Positions 51,578 to 61,812 of a stretch of 64,000 nucleotides of DNA are shown here, one piece after another. The DNA lies in NCBI GenBank assembly GCA_964632315.1, contig CAZWEM010000001.1, positions 32,001 through 96,000 on the forward strand, in the 5' to 3' direction. Source of the DNA: an uncultured archaeon. Lineage in GTDB: Archaea > Asgardarchaeota > Lokiarchaeia > Sigyniarchaeales > SOKP01. Under the pieces are notes generated by a model. That model made no database searches and was not told where the DNA came from. It saw only the letters and a program-made list of their open reading frames with translations. Numbering within the stretch: the stretch's first letter is position 1; each line of letters begins with the position of its first letter. The position numbers and the translations under genes are program-made.

Positions 51578-51739
51578 TTTTTGAGAACGCAGTAAAAATC
51601 TAATTTAAACGAAATATTATGATTACTTATACTATCTTTTAGGTATATAAAAATTTATTTTATCCAAACTAAATTTAGATTCTGAAAATACATATAGAAT
51701 CGATAATTCTTTAAATTACATATTTGAGTTTTTCCGAAC

Positions 51740-53254
51740 ATGAAGATTGAAGATAAGATAGAAACCTTTAATTCTTTGCTTAAGAGAAGGGGATTTATAT
51801 GGGGTCCATCGCCGGAAATTTACGGTGGACTGGCAGGTTTCTATAGTTTTGGACCAGCTGGTACAGCATTGAAGAATGAAATTCTAACAAATTTTAGGAG
51901 AGAATTAAGATCTTATGGATTTGGTGAGGTAGAGTGCCCCACGATTATGCCAGAGATAGTATGGAAAGCCTCAGGGCATTTAGAAAGATTTATTGATCCT
52001 TTATTAAAATGTGAAAATTGTGGTTCACTTTTTAGAGCTGATAAATATCTCAGTGATGTGTTTCCGAATAAAATGATTGAAGGGATGTCTATTGAAAAGA
52101 TAGAAGAATTGGTTAAAAATGAATCAATTAAATGTCCAAAATGTGAGACTCAATTTAATAAAGTTGAAAAATATAATTTAATGTTAAAAACAAATTTAGG
52201 AATTGATGATGTAGCTTATCTAAGACCAGAAACAGCAACAACAACTTATTTACTGTTTAATCGCTTAGATCAAGATCTAAGAAGGCAATACCCAGTTAAA
52301 GTATTTCAATATGGAAAAGCTTACCGAAATGAGATCTCGCCAAGGCAACAAGTTTTAAGAATGAGAGCTTTTGATCAATTTGAGATACAACTGTTCATTG
52401 GAAAGGAGCAGGAACTGGATTTTGATGAATATAAAGAAGTCAAGTATGTTGAATTACCTTTATTAGATTGGAAATCACAAGAAAAACAGATAGAAAGTCC
52501 AAAAATGATCTCGTTAGAAAAAGCACTAAGTAAGGGAACGTTAAAGAAAGAAGCTTATGCTTATTGCCTTTTTTTATCTTATCATCTAACGCAAATTTTA
52601 GGATTCCCAAATGAAGTAATGAGATATAGACAACACTCTCCAGATGAGAGAGCTCATTATGCTGATGATGCTTGGGATTTAGAAATCAGCACTAATCAAT
52701 TCGGTTGGGTTGAAATTTGTGGAATTCACGATAGAACTAATTATGATCTGAAGCGACATGGAGAATATTCAAATACGAATTTCGAAATCGCAATGGGAAA
52801 AGACCCAAAGGTAAAAGAAGTTCCACAAATACTTGAAATTGCATTTGGTCCTGATAGAATTATTTACACTTTATTAGAAAATGCATTTTATGTTGATGAG
52901 ACGAAAGAAGGTAGTAAAACACAAAAAAGGATTGTATTACAATTAGCTCCAAGATTAGCTCCAAATACCGTAGCTGTATTTCCACTTAAAAGAAATGAAG
53001 AAAAAATTCGTTCACTAGCAATAAAAATTCATAAATCCCTTACCGATAATAAGATTAATTCTTTTTATGATGAAAAGGGAGCTATCGGGAAACTTTATCG
53101 TAGGCAGGACGAATTGGGCACTCCTTTCTGTATTACAGTTGATTATCAATCATTAGAAGATAATACAGTTACAATTAGATATAGAGATTCTATGCAACAA
53201 GAGCGAATTGCGATTTCAGAAATTGCAGAAATAATAATCGAAAAAACTCGATGA
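51740..53254 (+). CDS. glyS: Glycine-tRNA ligase (homodimeric type)
   Basis: EIYGG, WKASGH, YLRPETA, GKAYRNEISPR, AHYA, YRRQDELGTPFCITVD. Confidence 0.97.
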   Translation: MKIEDKIETFNSLLKRRGFIWGPSPEIYGGLAGFYSFGPAGTALKNEILTNFRRELRSYGFGEVECPTIMPEIVWKASGHLERFIDPLLKCENCGSLFRADKYLSDVFPNKMIEGMSIEKIEELVKNESIKCPKCETQFNKVEKYNLMLKTNLGIDDVAYLRPETATTTYLLFNRLDQDLRRQYPVKVFQYGKAYRNEISPRQQVLRMRAFDQFEIQLFIGKEQELDFDEYKEVKYVELPLLDWKSQEKQIESPKMISLEKALSKGTLKKEAYAYCLFLSYHLTQILGFPNEVMRYRQHSPDERAHYADDAWDLEISTNQFGWVEICGIHDRTNYDLKRHGEYSNTNFEIAMGKDPKVKEVPQILEIAFGPDRIIYTLLENAFYVDETKEGSKTQKRIVLQLAPRLAPNTVAVFPLKRNEEKIRSLAIKIHKSLTDNKINSFYDEKGAIGKLYRRQDELGTPFCITVDYQSLEDNTVTIRYRDSMQQERIAISEIAEIIIEKTR

Positions 53255-53374
53255 AAACATTTACGATATCTCTAAAAAACTGTGAATTTCAGAAAAAAAT
53301 TTTAAAGAGAAGAAAATTTTTTTTAAGAATAATCAGAATTTAAAAAATAAATTATAAGATATTTATGTTTTAAA

Positions 53375-56158
53375 ATGAGAATCTATAAGACTACTAATCC
53401 TCTTTTAAAGAGGTATGGAAGAGATAATAAACTAAGAGTTGTAATAACTTTTTTATTTATGATTTGTATAATGACAAGCACATTTTATTTATTGTTTGAT
53501 TCTCATTTTAAAGCGAATATAAATGATAATAATGTTTTTAATAATGTAATTCAAGACAATGATTCTGATATGACCTTAAAACCGTCAGCCGGAATTGAAA
53601 TCTTTCAAGATCCTTTCACAACTAATTTTCAAGAGATGTTACAATTTTTTAATAATAAATTTAAAACAGGTCTAAATTTGGATGTTAACACCTATTTTAG
53701 GGAATCAAATGCTTCTGGAGTGATCACTAATCAGAATGTTTATCCAGTTGATACAATATTGTTATATAACACGTTGATGAGGGATCATCTAACAGCTGAA
53801 CAGACTTTTTCGAATTACTTAGCATTAAAGGACAGTAATTTTTGGTATGACAAAGGAGAATTCAATTATGGCTTTATAACATCCGTAGATAATTCAACTG
53901 GGCTTATAACTAATGACAGGAGATCTCTTATAGATAACTTGATGGCTATTACATTGTTAGTTGAAAATATTGGTACTGAAATTACTGCGATTAATCAAGA
54001 TGGAGTTTATCCAAAGGATTCAATAAACGAAATGTTTAATTTAATTAACTCATCACAATTTTGGGATTCAACTAATAATGGATTTGCTCAGTATAACACA
54101 ACAGATTTCTCTGAAAACAAATTCACAAAAAGTAATCTTTATGCAATACTCACTAATTTGCAAATCAGGAACTTATATGAAAGATTAAGTATAAACCCTG
54201 AAATTAAGGATAGAGCTTACTGGTTAGCAAATACCACGATGGAGACACTTTTACTCAATATGTGGGATGGTCAAGATTTAGGATTTTATTATAATGCAAA
54301 AAACGATTGGACGCCTAATTTAATAGGAAGTAAATTTAAATATTTGGATGTCAATGCTTTGGGAATCATCACATTAATTGATTATTGGTTAGAAACAGGA
54401 AAAAATAATGGATCGCTTTTACAAAAAGCAATTTCTACATTTGAAGAAATTGATGCAAACCTTTGGGATGCAACTTATAAAGCCTATCAATACGGGAGAG
54501 AGAGAACTTGGACGACTTCCTTCGCAGGAGGAAATAGAATCGAACTTAAAGCAAATTCACTGATGATGTTAGCTTGTTTGAAATTATTTGAAGTAACTGG
54601 AAATTTTACATTTTATGATAGAGCATTTCAGCTTCATTCAACCTTTGATAGCGATTTTTTCGATATTAATGCTTATTCAGAGTCAATTTATTCCCCTGTT
54701 AATGATACTAAAAACTTAAATTCTAATTTGAAGCTAGTTAAATCATATCTTCAGGCTTTTGAGATTTTTAATAACACAATTTTGGATGCAAACTTTAATA
54801 TTTCAACGGAAATCCCTAACTACATTTTTAATCAAGATAAATTAAATATTGAAAGCAAATATTTTGTAAACAATCCCGTGCAATATTATAATTATTCTAC
54901 AGGAAGTTATAAGATATTTAACTCGATCTACAATATTACATCAGCTGATATCACATATATATTGAAATATCCTAATGGAACTTTATTTGATACTAAAGAA
55001 AAAATAATTTCCGGTACTGAAACGGCATTTGAATATGATATTAATGAAACACTCACTATTGGCGATGGATATTATATTTATATTTATTCGAACTATACCT
55101 ATTTTGCCACAGCTCAGGTATTAAAACGGTTTAATATTATTTCGGGTTTAGATGATTTTCCTATTTTAAACTTACCAAGTACGATTTATCAAGGACCGGA
55201 ATATAACATAACTTTACCAGTAAACAACACTCGAAATCAAAATATAAATTTAACAGTTTCAATGGAAGGTTCAAATATAATTTCTGAATCTAAGGTTGTT
55301 CAATTTACAAGGTTTATTTTAACAAATATTTCATTTACTCTTGAAGCGAAACTTGGAGCTACAATTGGGCTGCAGAATATTAGTTTTACTTTTAAGGATG
55401 GGGATGTAATTTATTTAAAACTAGCTAAAACAATCAATATAGGTCATTCAATTGATTATAGTGAATTTCTCTATAAAAATCGCATTGTAAGTGGAGATAA
55501 AATTCAAGTTATGTTTAATTTAATTAACTTTTTACCCAATACCACCCAATCATGCAATATAAGCTTTAGTGGACCAATGATCCAAAATATAAAACAAGAA
55601 ATTAATCTTGATCCAAATGAAAAGAGATCCTTATATTATGAATTAATTAGCCAAGAAAATATAATCCAAAATTCAATAACGGTAAAATTTGAAATATCTA
55701 AAGGCAATACAATCTTATATTCAAGAAATAGTGAAATTGAAATTTTGCCTGAATTAGAAATTTTAAGTGCAGCGTTCCCTGTATTAGTTTCTCAAGGTGA
55801 AAAGGCATCATTCATAATGATAATTTGGAACAATAGAGATAGCTCAATACCTTATTCATTATCCATTATCACGATAAACGGGGAATCAACTCATTCTGGG
55901 AGATTGGCACCTGGTGAGAATCGAATCCAAGCAGAGGTGGTACCGACTATTTTTCCTTATGATTTTTTCGATAAAACCTACATTTTTCAACTAAAAGATG
56001 ATTCTGGAGATATAATTACTCAATATTATTACACCGTTTCAATTGACGTATCTCCTACTAATATTCTCCTTTTTTATGTATTGCCAGTTGCAATCGCAAT
56101 AGGGATAATGCTTTACTATAAAAATAAAGAATTAAAACATAATCAATTAAGAAGGTGA
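53375..56158 (+). CDS. Large extracellular protein: alpha/alpha-toroid-like domain, Ig-like beta domains, C-terminal TM
   Basis: N-terminal TM; repeated (F/M/L)WD....GF/Y helical hairpins; many N-x-S/T; C-terminal TM + basic tail. Confidence 0.7.
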   Translation: MRIYKTTNPLLKRYGRDNKLRVVITFLFMICIMTSTFYLLFDSHFKANINDNNVFNNVIQDNDSDMTLKPSAGIEIFQDPFTTNFQEMLQFFNNKFKTGLNLDVNTYFRESNASGVITNQNVYPVDTILLYNTLMRDHLTAEQTFSNYLALKDSNFWYDKGEFNYGFITSVDNSTGLITNDRRSLIDNLMAITLLVENIGTEITAINQDGVYPKDSINEMFNLINSSQFWDSTNNGFAQYNTTDFSENKFTKSNLYAILTNLQIRNLYERLSINPEIKDRAYWLANTTMETLLLNMWDGQDLGFYYNAKNDWTPNLIGSKFKYLDVNALGIITLIDYWLETGKNNGSLLQKAISTFEEIDANLWDATYKAYQYGRERTWTTSFAGGNRIELKANSLMMLACLKLFEVTGNFTFYDRAFQLHSTFDSDFFDINAYSESIYSPVNDTKNLNSNLKLVKSYLQAFEIFNNTILDANFNISTEIPNYIFNQDKLNIESKYFVNNPVQYYNYSTGSYKIFNSIYNITSADITYILKYPNGTLFDTKEKIISGTETAFEYDINETLTIGDGYYIYIYSNYTYFATAQVLKRFNIISGLDDFPILNLPSTIYQGPEYNITLPVNNTRNQNINLTVSMEGSNIISESKVVQFTRFILTNISFTLEAKLGATIGLQNISFTFKDGDVIYLKLAKTINIGHSIDYSEFLYKNRIVSGDKIQVMFNLINFLPNTTQSCNISFSGPMIQNIKQEINLDPNEKRSLYYELISQENIIQNSITVKFEISKGNTILYSRNSEIEILPELEILSAAFPVLVSQGEKASFIMIIWNNRDSSIPYSLSIITINGESTHSGRLAPGENRIQAEVVPTIFPYDFFDKTYIFQLKDDSGDIITQYYYTVSIDVSPTNILLFYVLPVAIAIGIMLYYKNKELKHNQLRR

Positions 56159-56165
56159 AAGAAAT

Positions 56166-57857
56166 ATGACAAAAATCAAATATATTGGGATATTTTTAAT
56201 CTGTTTATCATTTACTATAACTTTTTTGACGATTAAGTATAATGTAAACCAAAATTATGCACAATATGATGAAAATCCAGTTATAAATGATAAATTGAGG
56301 ATTGCTGATAATGAAATGAGCTTAAATTATTCAAAGATTTGGCAAAATGCCTCCTCAGCTTATCGACTTTTTGAAAGTGTAAAGTTTGAGGTAAACACTT
56401 CAGATTTTGTTGATGTGAATAAAACTATCATGCAAATTGAGATAGATGATAATTCGGTCAGAGAATATCAAATGGAAAGAGAAGTTGGGAATGATAATTT
56501 TACGTTTATTTATACCCCCGAGTACAATTTTCCTTTAGGATTTCATAAAGTTAGTTTTAAAATAATGGATGAATTAAATGTTCAATTAAATTCTCAAACG
56601 ACTAAAACTAATATTACCATAATGTCTAATTACTTAGCTAATGTAGAAAAGTATGAATATGCTAGAAATGAACAAGTATATGGGGAAATAATTGTAAATG
56701 ATTTTGGGAGTCATGATCTTGAATGGAAAGTAACGATAGTCGATAACAATACTGAAAACACATTATTTTATAGGAATCTTTTTGATTTAGGCATCAATAT
56801 CTCTCATTTCTATTTTAATATTAATGAAAGTTTTACAATTCCCGATCACATTTACTATGTAAAAGTAAATATGTCAGACACATTAAGTGATAAAATTGCA
56901 GCTACATATATTCCATTTAAAGTAAATAATTCCGTACCAGAAATAATTGAATCTTCTGTAGTTTTTTCTCATAGTACCTTAAAAAGAGTAGAAGAATGTC
57001 AAGTTAGTTTAAATGTAACTGATAATGATCCTCTTACTATTCCAGAAAACATTACTGTTACATTGAAATTAATTAATTCACTCGGAGAAGAATTATCTCC
57101 CATAATTTTAGATAATAATGGTGACTGGACTTTTAGTGGAACTTTTGAAATAGCTAAAAATCAACCTATAGGGCTTTATCGAGCTCGATTGGAAGCAGAT
57201 GATTCTTATGTGGGAGTTGGAATTTATACTAAAACGTTGAATATAACAAATAATTATCCAGAAATCAACGGTTATTGGATTAATGGCTTAACGACGCAAG
57301 AGCAAGTTGTCATTAAATACGGGGATGCTTTAATTTTCACATTTAATGTCTCAGATATAGAAGATACTTATCCAAAATATGTTACTGTGTCTCTTTTAAA
57401 TGAAGATAATAATTGGTATAATCTTTCAATCAAATATACCAATGGTGCTGAACTCGTTATTAGATCAGAAGATCTAGTATCGGGGGTCTGGTATGTATAT
57501 CTTTCTACTACTGATTCAAACGGAGCTACTACTCATCTTACATCAAATTATGGAGCGGGACCGAAAGAAATCAGGATCATACCTGATGAACTCTCTGGAA
57601 TTTTATCTTGGATAACATTATTCGTGGGTTTAGGCTTGGGAGCATTAATAGGAGTTGCAATATCTTATAAAATTATAAAAACAAGTTCAACTCAATCTCA
57701 GAAAGGTGCTTCAAAGAAAAAGGTTCCTTCGAAAAAGAAGCGTAAAAAAGAAAAATCAAGCGAAAAAGTTGAAGAAAAGGAGATTCCAACCAAAACTGAA
57801 GAACCTGAAAAAGAAATCACTGAGCCACAGAGAAAAATCAAAAGAAAATTAGCTTAA
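56166..57857 (+). CDS. Surface protein with Ig-like repeats, TM anchor and charged cytoplasmic tail
   Basis: Repeats N..PEI, NV(T/S)D.(D/E), G.(Y/W).....(D); TM followed by K/E-rich tail. Confidence 0.7.
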   Translation: MTKIKYIGIFLICLSFTITFLTIKYNVNQNYAQYDENPVINDKLRIADNEMSLNYSKIWQNASSAYRLFESVKFEVNTSDFVDVNKTIMQIEIDDNSVREYQMEREVGNDNFTFIYTPEYNFPLGFHKVSFKIMDELNVQLNSQTTKTNITIMSNYLANVEKYEYARNEQVYGEIIVNDFGSHDLEWKVTIVDNNTENTLFYRNLFDLGINISHFYFNINESFTIPDHIYYVKVNMSDTLSDKIAATYIPFKVNNSVPEIIESSVVFSHSTLKRVEECQVSLNVTDNDPLTIPENITVTLKLINSLGEELSPIILDNNGDWTFSGTFEIAKNQPIGLYRARLEADDSYVGVGIYTKTLNITNNYPEINGYWINGLTTQEQVVIKYGDALIFTFNVSDIEDTYPKYVTVSLLNEDNNWYNLSIKYTNGAELVIRSEDLVSGVWYVYLSTTDSNGATTHLTSNYGAGPKEIRIIPDELSGILSWITLFVGLGLGALIGVAISYKIIKTSSTQSQKGASKKKVPSKKKRKKEKSSEKVEEKEIPTKTEEPEKEITEPQRKIKRKLA

Positions 57858-57938
57858 CCTTTTTCAAATTACTTTTTTCTTTAATAGAGTATCTTTAAAA
57901 AGTAAAAAATATAGAATAAAAATATTAAGTATAATAAT

Positions 57939-58844
57939 TTAGATTATATCCAGTAACCTATATTGAAATTTGCCTAATTTTCCACCATAATTACCTGCGC
58001 TAATTCTATTAATACCATCAACTTTTACCGCAGCATGAATTCCTACTTTCATTGCCTCTCTTATTGAATCCTCTGTGGCTCCATCAAGAATAACTTCATA
58101 GACACAATTGTCTCCTTCTTTCAATTGAGAATTTTCTATCTTTGTTCTAAGCGTTGGGCATAAGGGATCGTTTGTTGAGGCATTGAGGAATGAATAATTT
58201 GAACCAACTTTACTACCAGATCTCGCAATCCCACCTGGAAATGGAGCAATCACATTTCCTATTCCTTTAATTGCTTCAATTGCAGCTTCCGCACTTTCCA
58301 ATCCGGCCTCTTGATTTTGTGCAACTATTAGAAAATTCCCTCCCGCAATTCCCTTACCAACTTTAAATGTACTTTGAACAAGAAATTCTCCATCCATCAC
58401 TGGAATTCTCCACGATTCAAATTGATATTTTTCTTCTTTTTCTTCGAATTTGTCTCCAAAAAACTTTAATTTATATCCTGTTTTAATTTCAAATTCTTTT
58501 TCAGCGTTTAAAGATCCATCTAATGCATCAAAACATGCTGTCGTTGGGCAAGTGAGAATACATTGTCCTACTCTATTTAATAACACAGCATCCATCTTAT
58601 CTTTCTTGGTTTTAAAAAACATTAATATGGCTCCAGGACGGTTATCTGGGGTTTGCTCTGGTGGAACCAGTAAATCAATACCTGCCTCAGCATCACAATG
58701 AATGGTGGATGTTCCATATCCTGAAGCTACATTAGCAGCAATATTAGCCCACTTTTCATTCATTGCCGTAACTAATATTCGAGTAAAAACCGCTCCAAAA
58801 GCTTCACAAAAAGTATCTTCGATCTCGACTCCATTCAATTCCAA
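57939..58844 (-). CDS. ftr: Formylmethanofuran:H4MPT formyltransferase
   Basis: NGVEIEDTFCEAF, CDAEAG, TPDNRPG, RVGQCILTCPT, SGSKVGS, ISAGNYGGKLG. Confidence 0.97.
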   Translation of the reverse strand: MELNGVEIEDTFCEAFGAVFTRILVTAMNEKWANIAANVASGYGTSTIHCDAEAGIDLLVPPEQTPDNRPGAILMFFKTKKDKMDAVLLNRVGQCILTCPTTACFDALDGSLNAEKEFEIKTGYKLKFFGDKFEEKEEKYQFESWRIPVMDGEFLVQSTFKVGKGIAGGNFLIVAQNQEAGLESAEAAIEAIKGIGNVIAPFPGGIARSGSKVGSNYSFLNASTNDPLCPTLRTKIENSQLKEGDNCVYEVILDGATEDSIREAMKVGIHAAVKVDGINRISAGNYGGKLGKFQYRLLDII

Positions 58845-59029
58845 TTACTTTTTCAACTCCTTATAATTTTTAACTATTATTTCTGTAATACTTATAGATT
58901 TCAATAATATATAAAATTTTAAGCACTAATTTCTAACAAAATAAAGATTAAAATCTATATGGTTCATTTAATTCATTATTTTTAAACCATGAAAAATAAT
59001 AATAAATTGTTCAAAATTACAAATGAAAG

Positions 59030-59884
59030 TTGAAAAAAATGTCTGAAAATAAAATATTAAATATTGGTATTCTAAAAAACGGTACAATTGGATCTTCGTT
59101 ACTTTTGGCATTTCTAATGGATGAAAGAGCCGAATCTACCAGAATAAATGTTAGAGAAGTAACTTCTGGAGCAAAAATGCATCCCCCAGAAGAATGCATT
59201 GAAACAATGAAAAAATTATTAGAATTTGAACCAGAATTGATCCTTATGTCAAGTCCTAATGCTGCTCTAAAAGGGCCAATGGCAGCTAGAGAAATGGCAA
59301 AGGAGGCTAACATTCCAACTATTGTTATTTCGGATGCTCCCGCTAAGAAAGCTGTTGATGAGATTAAAGAAAAGAACATGGGATATATTCTGGTAAATTG
59401 CGATAGTATGATTGGTGCTAGAAGGCCATTTTTAGATCCTATCGAGATGAGTTGCTTTAACTCAGATCTTTTAAAAGTTTTGGCGATTTCAGGTTCTCTT
59501 CAAGTGATTGCTCAGGAATTAAATAAAGTAATTATGGATATGTTAGAGGGTAAAAAACCAATATTACCACAAATTATAATCGATGCATCAAGGGCAGTAC
59601 AAGCTGCAAAATTCACTAATCCTTATGCTGAAGCAAAAGCTATAGCTGCATTTGAATTAGCATCATCAGTATCAAAAGTAACATCTAGAGCTTGTTTTGT
59701 ATTGAAAGAAAGAGAAGAATACATGCCATTATTAGCAGCAGCTCATGAAATGATGCGAACAGCAGCTTTAATGGGTGATCAAGCTAGAGAAATAGAGAAA
59801 TCGAATGACACAGTGATAAGAAGACCTCATCATGCGAAACAACATCTTCTAACAAAAACTAAGCTTCATGAAAAAGAAGCTTAA
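59030..59884 (+). CDS. mtd: F420-dependent methylene-H4MPT dehydrogenase (likely start 59039)
   Basis: K.G.IG.S, DERA, SGAKM.PE, SPN.AL.GP, DSMIGARRPFLDP.EM..FN, NPYA.AKA. Confidence 0.95.
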   Translation: MKKMSENKILNIGILKNGTIGSSLLLAFLMDERAESTRINVREVTSGAKMHPPEECIETMKKLLEFEPELILMSSPNAALKGPMAAREMAKEANIPTIVISDAPAKKAVDEIKEKNMGYILVNCDSMIGARRPFLDPIEMSCFNSDLLKVLAISGSLQVIAQELNKVIMDMLEGKKPILPQIIIDASRAVQAAKFTNPYAEAKAIAAFELASSVSKVTSRACFVLKEREEYMPLLAAAHEMMRTAALMGDQAREIEKSNDTVIRRPHHAKQHLLTKTKLHEKEA

Positions 59885-59940
59885 TAAAATCATTATTGTT
59901 AATTTTTTATTTTTTTCCCAGATTTCAAGAATATTTATGT

Positions 59941-60891
59941 TTATTTGGTTTCTATATATTGCTTTAATTTATCATATTCTTTACCATTAAGAGTTTTAAT
60001 GACATTAGCAAATGCTTCTTGATTTTTACTTTTCGTAACCGCCATTAAAACAGTACCATTGCTGACTTCTTTTACTAATACATAACTTTCTCCGCTTTCA
60101 TATATAACAGTCGATAGCTCTAGGGGAGATATATCTGAATTTAATAATTCCATTATTTTTGTATATATTTGATAAATATTAGAATCCAAAGTACCGATTT
60201 CAAATTTCATAAACTGCAATGGTTTACTTTCAAACTTGCCTAAAGTTGAAGCAATCATTAATCCATCAGGTTGATTAAATAATAGATATTCGGATAATGT
60301 GTTAACTTTAAGTTCGTCAAGTAAATGTCTTATTTTGCCAAGTCGCTGAAGTGCTAATGTATTCTGTTGAATCTCAAAATCTAACACTTCAATAAGGCGG
60401 TGCTGAGCGCTTCCTTCTTTTACAGATACGGGAGTAAATGCAATCTTACTTTTAAGTTCGCTTGACAATTCTTTAACTAAAAGGTCATAAAGCTTATCCT
60501 CTTGCGAATTCTGTAAATCAATTTTATTCAATAAAACATAGACCTTATTGATCTGGGGACTAAATTCAAAAATGTATGTTAAAAATTTATCAAATATTTC
60601 TTTTACTCGTTCCTCGATGACAGCAGAATCAGCCATAAATATTGCAGTAGTAACCTCTGAAAAAACCAATTCTCTGTGAGATTCAGAAAAATATTTTTCC
60701 ATGTAATGCTCTTGTCCGCCTGCATCCCACACGTTTAATTCCATAATACCTCGAAATATGAAGTTCTCTCTTGAGATACTTTTAGTTGGTTTGAGATTTA
60801 AAACTTTCATAAAATTATATCCCAGGCATGTGGTTCTCATTAGACTGGTCTTTCCCGCATTTGCTGGTCCGAACAATAATATTTTAAAAAT
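59941..60891 (-). CDS. Rag/Gtr1-like small GTPase with C-terminal roadblock domain (probable ATT start 60891; track start 60876)
   Basis: GPANAGKTS, LKPT, WDAGGQE.YME.YF, NKID, VSV; C-terminal LLF...DGLMIAS. Confidence 0.85.
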   Translation of the reverse strand: MFKILLFGPANAGKTSLMRTTCLGYNFMKVLNLKPTKSISRENFIFRGIMELNVWDAGGQEHYMEKYFSESHRELVFSEVTTAIFMADSAVIEERVKEIFDKFLTYIFEFSPQINKVYVLLNKIDLQNSQEDKLYDLLVKELSSELKSKIAFTPVSVKEGSAQHRLIEVLDFEIQQNTLALQRLGKIRHLLDELKVNTLSEYLLFNQPDGLMIASTLGKFESKPLQFMKFEIGTLDSNIYQIYTKIMELLNSDISPLELSTVIYESGESYVLVKEVSNGTVLMAVTKSKNQEAFANVIKTLNGKEYDKLKQYIETK

Positions 60892-61129
60892 TCTTCACCT
60901 TTTATCGACGAATAACGTATCTTTTAAAATGTAGATTTTGGTATAAAGTCATTTACTAATATATATATTTTTTATAATTGAAGGCTTATTTAATTTTTTC
61001 TAAAAATAACTCGAATTTCATATAAGATATTTAATATTTAAATTCCTTTAGTTTCTTTATCAATTGACGATTCAATTAAATATAATCTTTAATTACCATA
61101 AAATAATTTTTACAATATAATGATTAGAT

Positions 61130-61666
61130 TTGAAAAAAATGAATTTGGAAGAATACATTCGAAATGTCCCTAATTTTCCAATTGAAGGTATTCAGTTCAA
61201 AGATATTACAACATTAGCGAAAGATCCAGATGCTTTTAAAGAATCATGTGATCGTATTATAGACCATTTTAAGAATAAAGGGATAACTAAAGTAGCAGCA
61301 ATTGAGGCCCGTGGATATGTTTGGGGGGGTATAATCGCGTATCAATTAGGGGCTGGCTTTATATTGATTCGGAAGCCTGGAAAATTGCCCTATAAAACCT
61401 TTAGTGAAGAATATAAACTAGAATATGGAACTGACAAAATAGAAATGCATATCGATGCAATTGAGGAAGGAGAGAAAGTCCTTCTCTTTGACGATTTGTT
61501 AGCAACTGGAGGAACAGCAAAAGCAGCTTGTAATCTGATAGAAAAAGCAGGAGGGATAGTTGAAGGGATTGCATTTATTATCGAATTAACAGGTAGTCTT
61601 CATGGAAGAAAAAAGTTAGAAGGATATGACTTTTTAAGTTTGATCCCGATCGAAGTTGAGGAGTAA
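61130..61666 (+). CDS. apt: Adenine phosphoribosyltransferase
   Basis: PNFP..GI.FKDIT, EARG, RKPGKLP, LEYG, DDLLATGGT. Confidence 0.97.
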   Translation: MKKMNLEEYIRNVPNFPIEGIQFKDITTLAKDPDAFKESCDRIIDHFKNKGITKVAAIEARGYVWGGIIAYQLGAGFILIRKPGKLPYKTFSEEYKLEYGTDKIEMHIDAIEEGEKVLLFDDLLATGGTAKAACNLIEKAGGIVEGIAFIIELTGSLHGRKKLEGYDFLSLIPIEVEE

Positions 61667-61812
61667 ATCTCACTCAATTTTTTCTTGATTTTTCCTTTAA
61701 CGCCCATTTTTTTCCCAATACATCCTTATTAAACGGTAGACTTAAAATTTAAATAATTCACAGAACTTTATTTTCTCAATATTATATTATTTACAATTAT
61801 GGTGTAGATATA

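Noticed and set aside
57939-59884. Methanogen assignment from ftr/mtd
   Set aside because: No mcr/mtr in the window; these genes also serve the archaeal Wood-Ljungdahl methyl branch, and the other content points to Asgard archaea.
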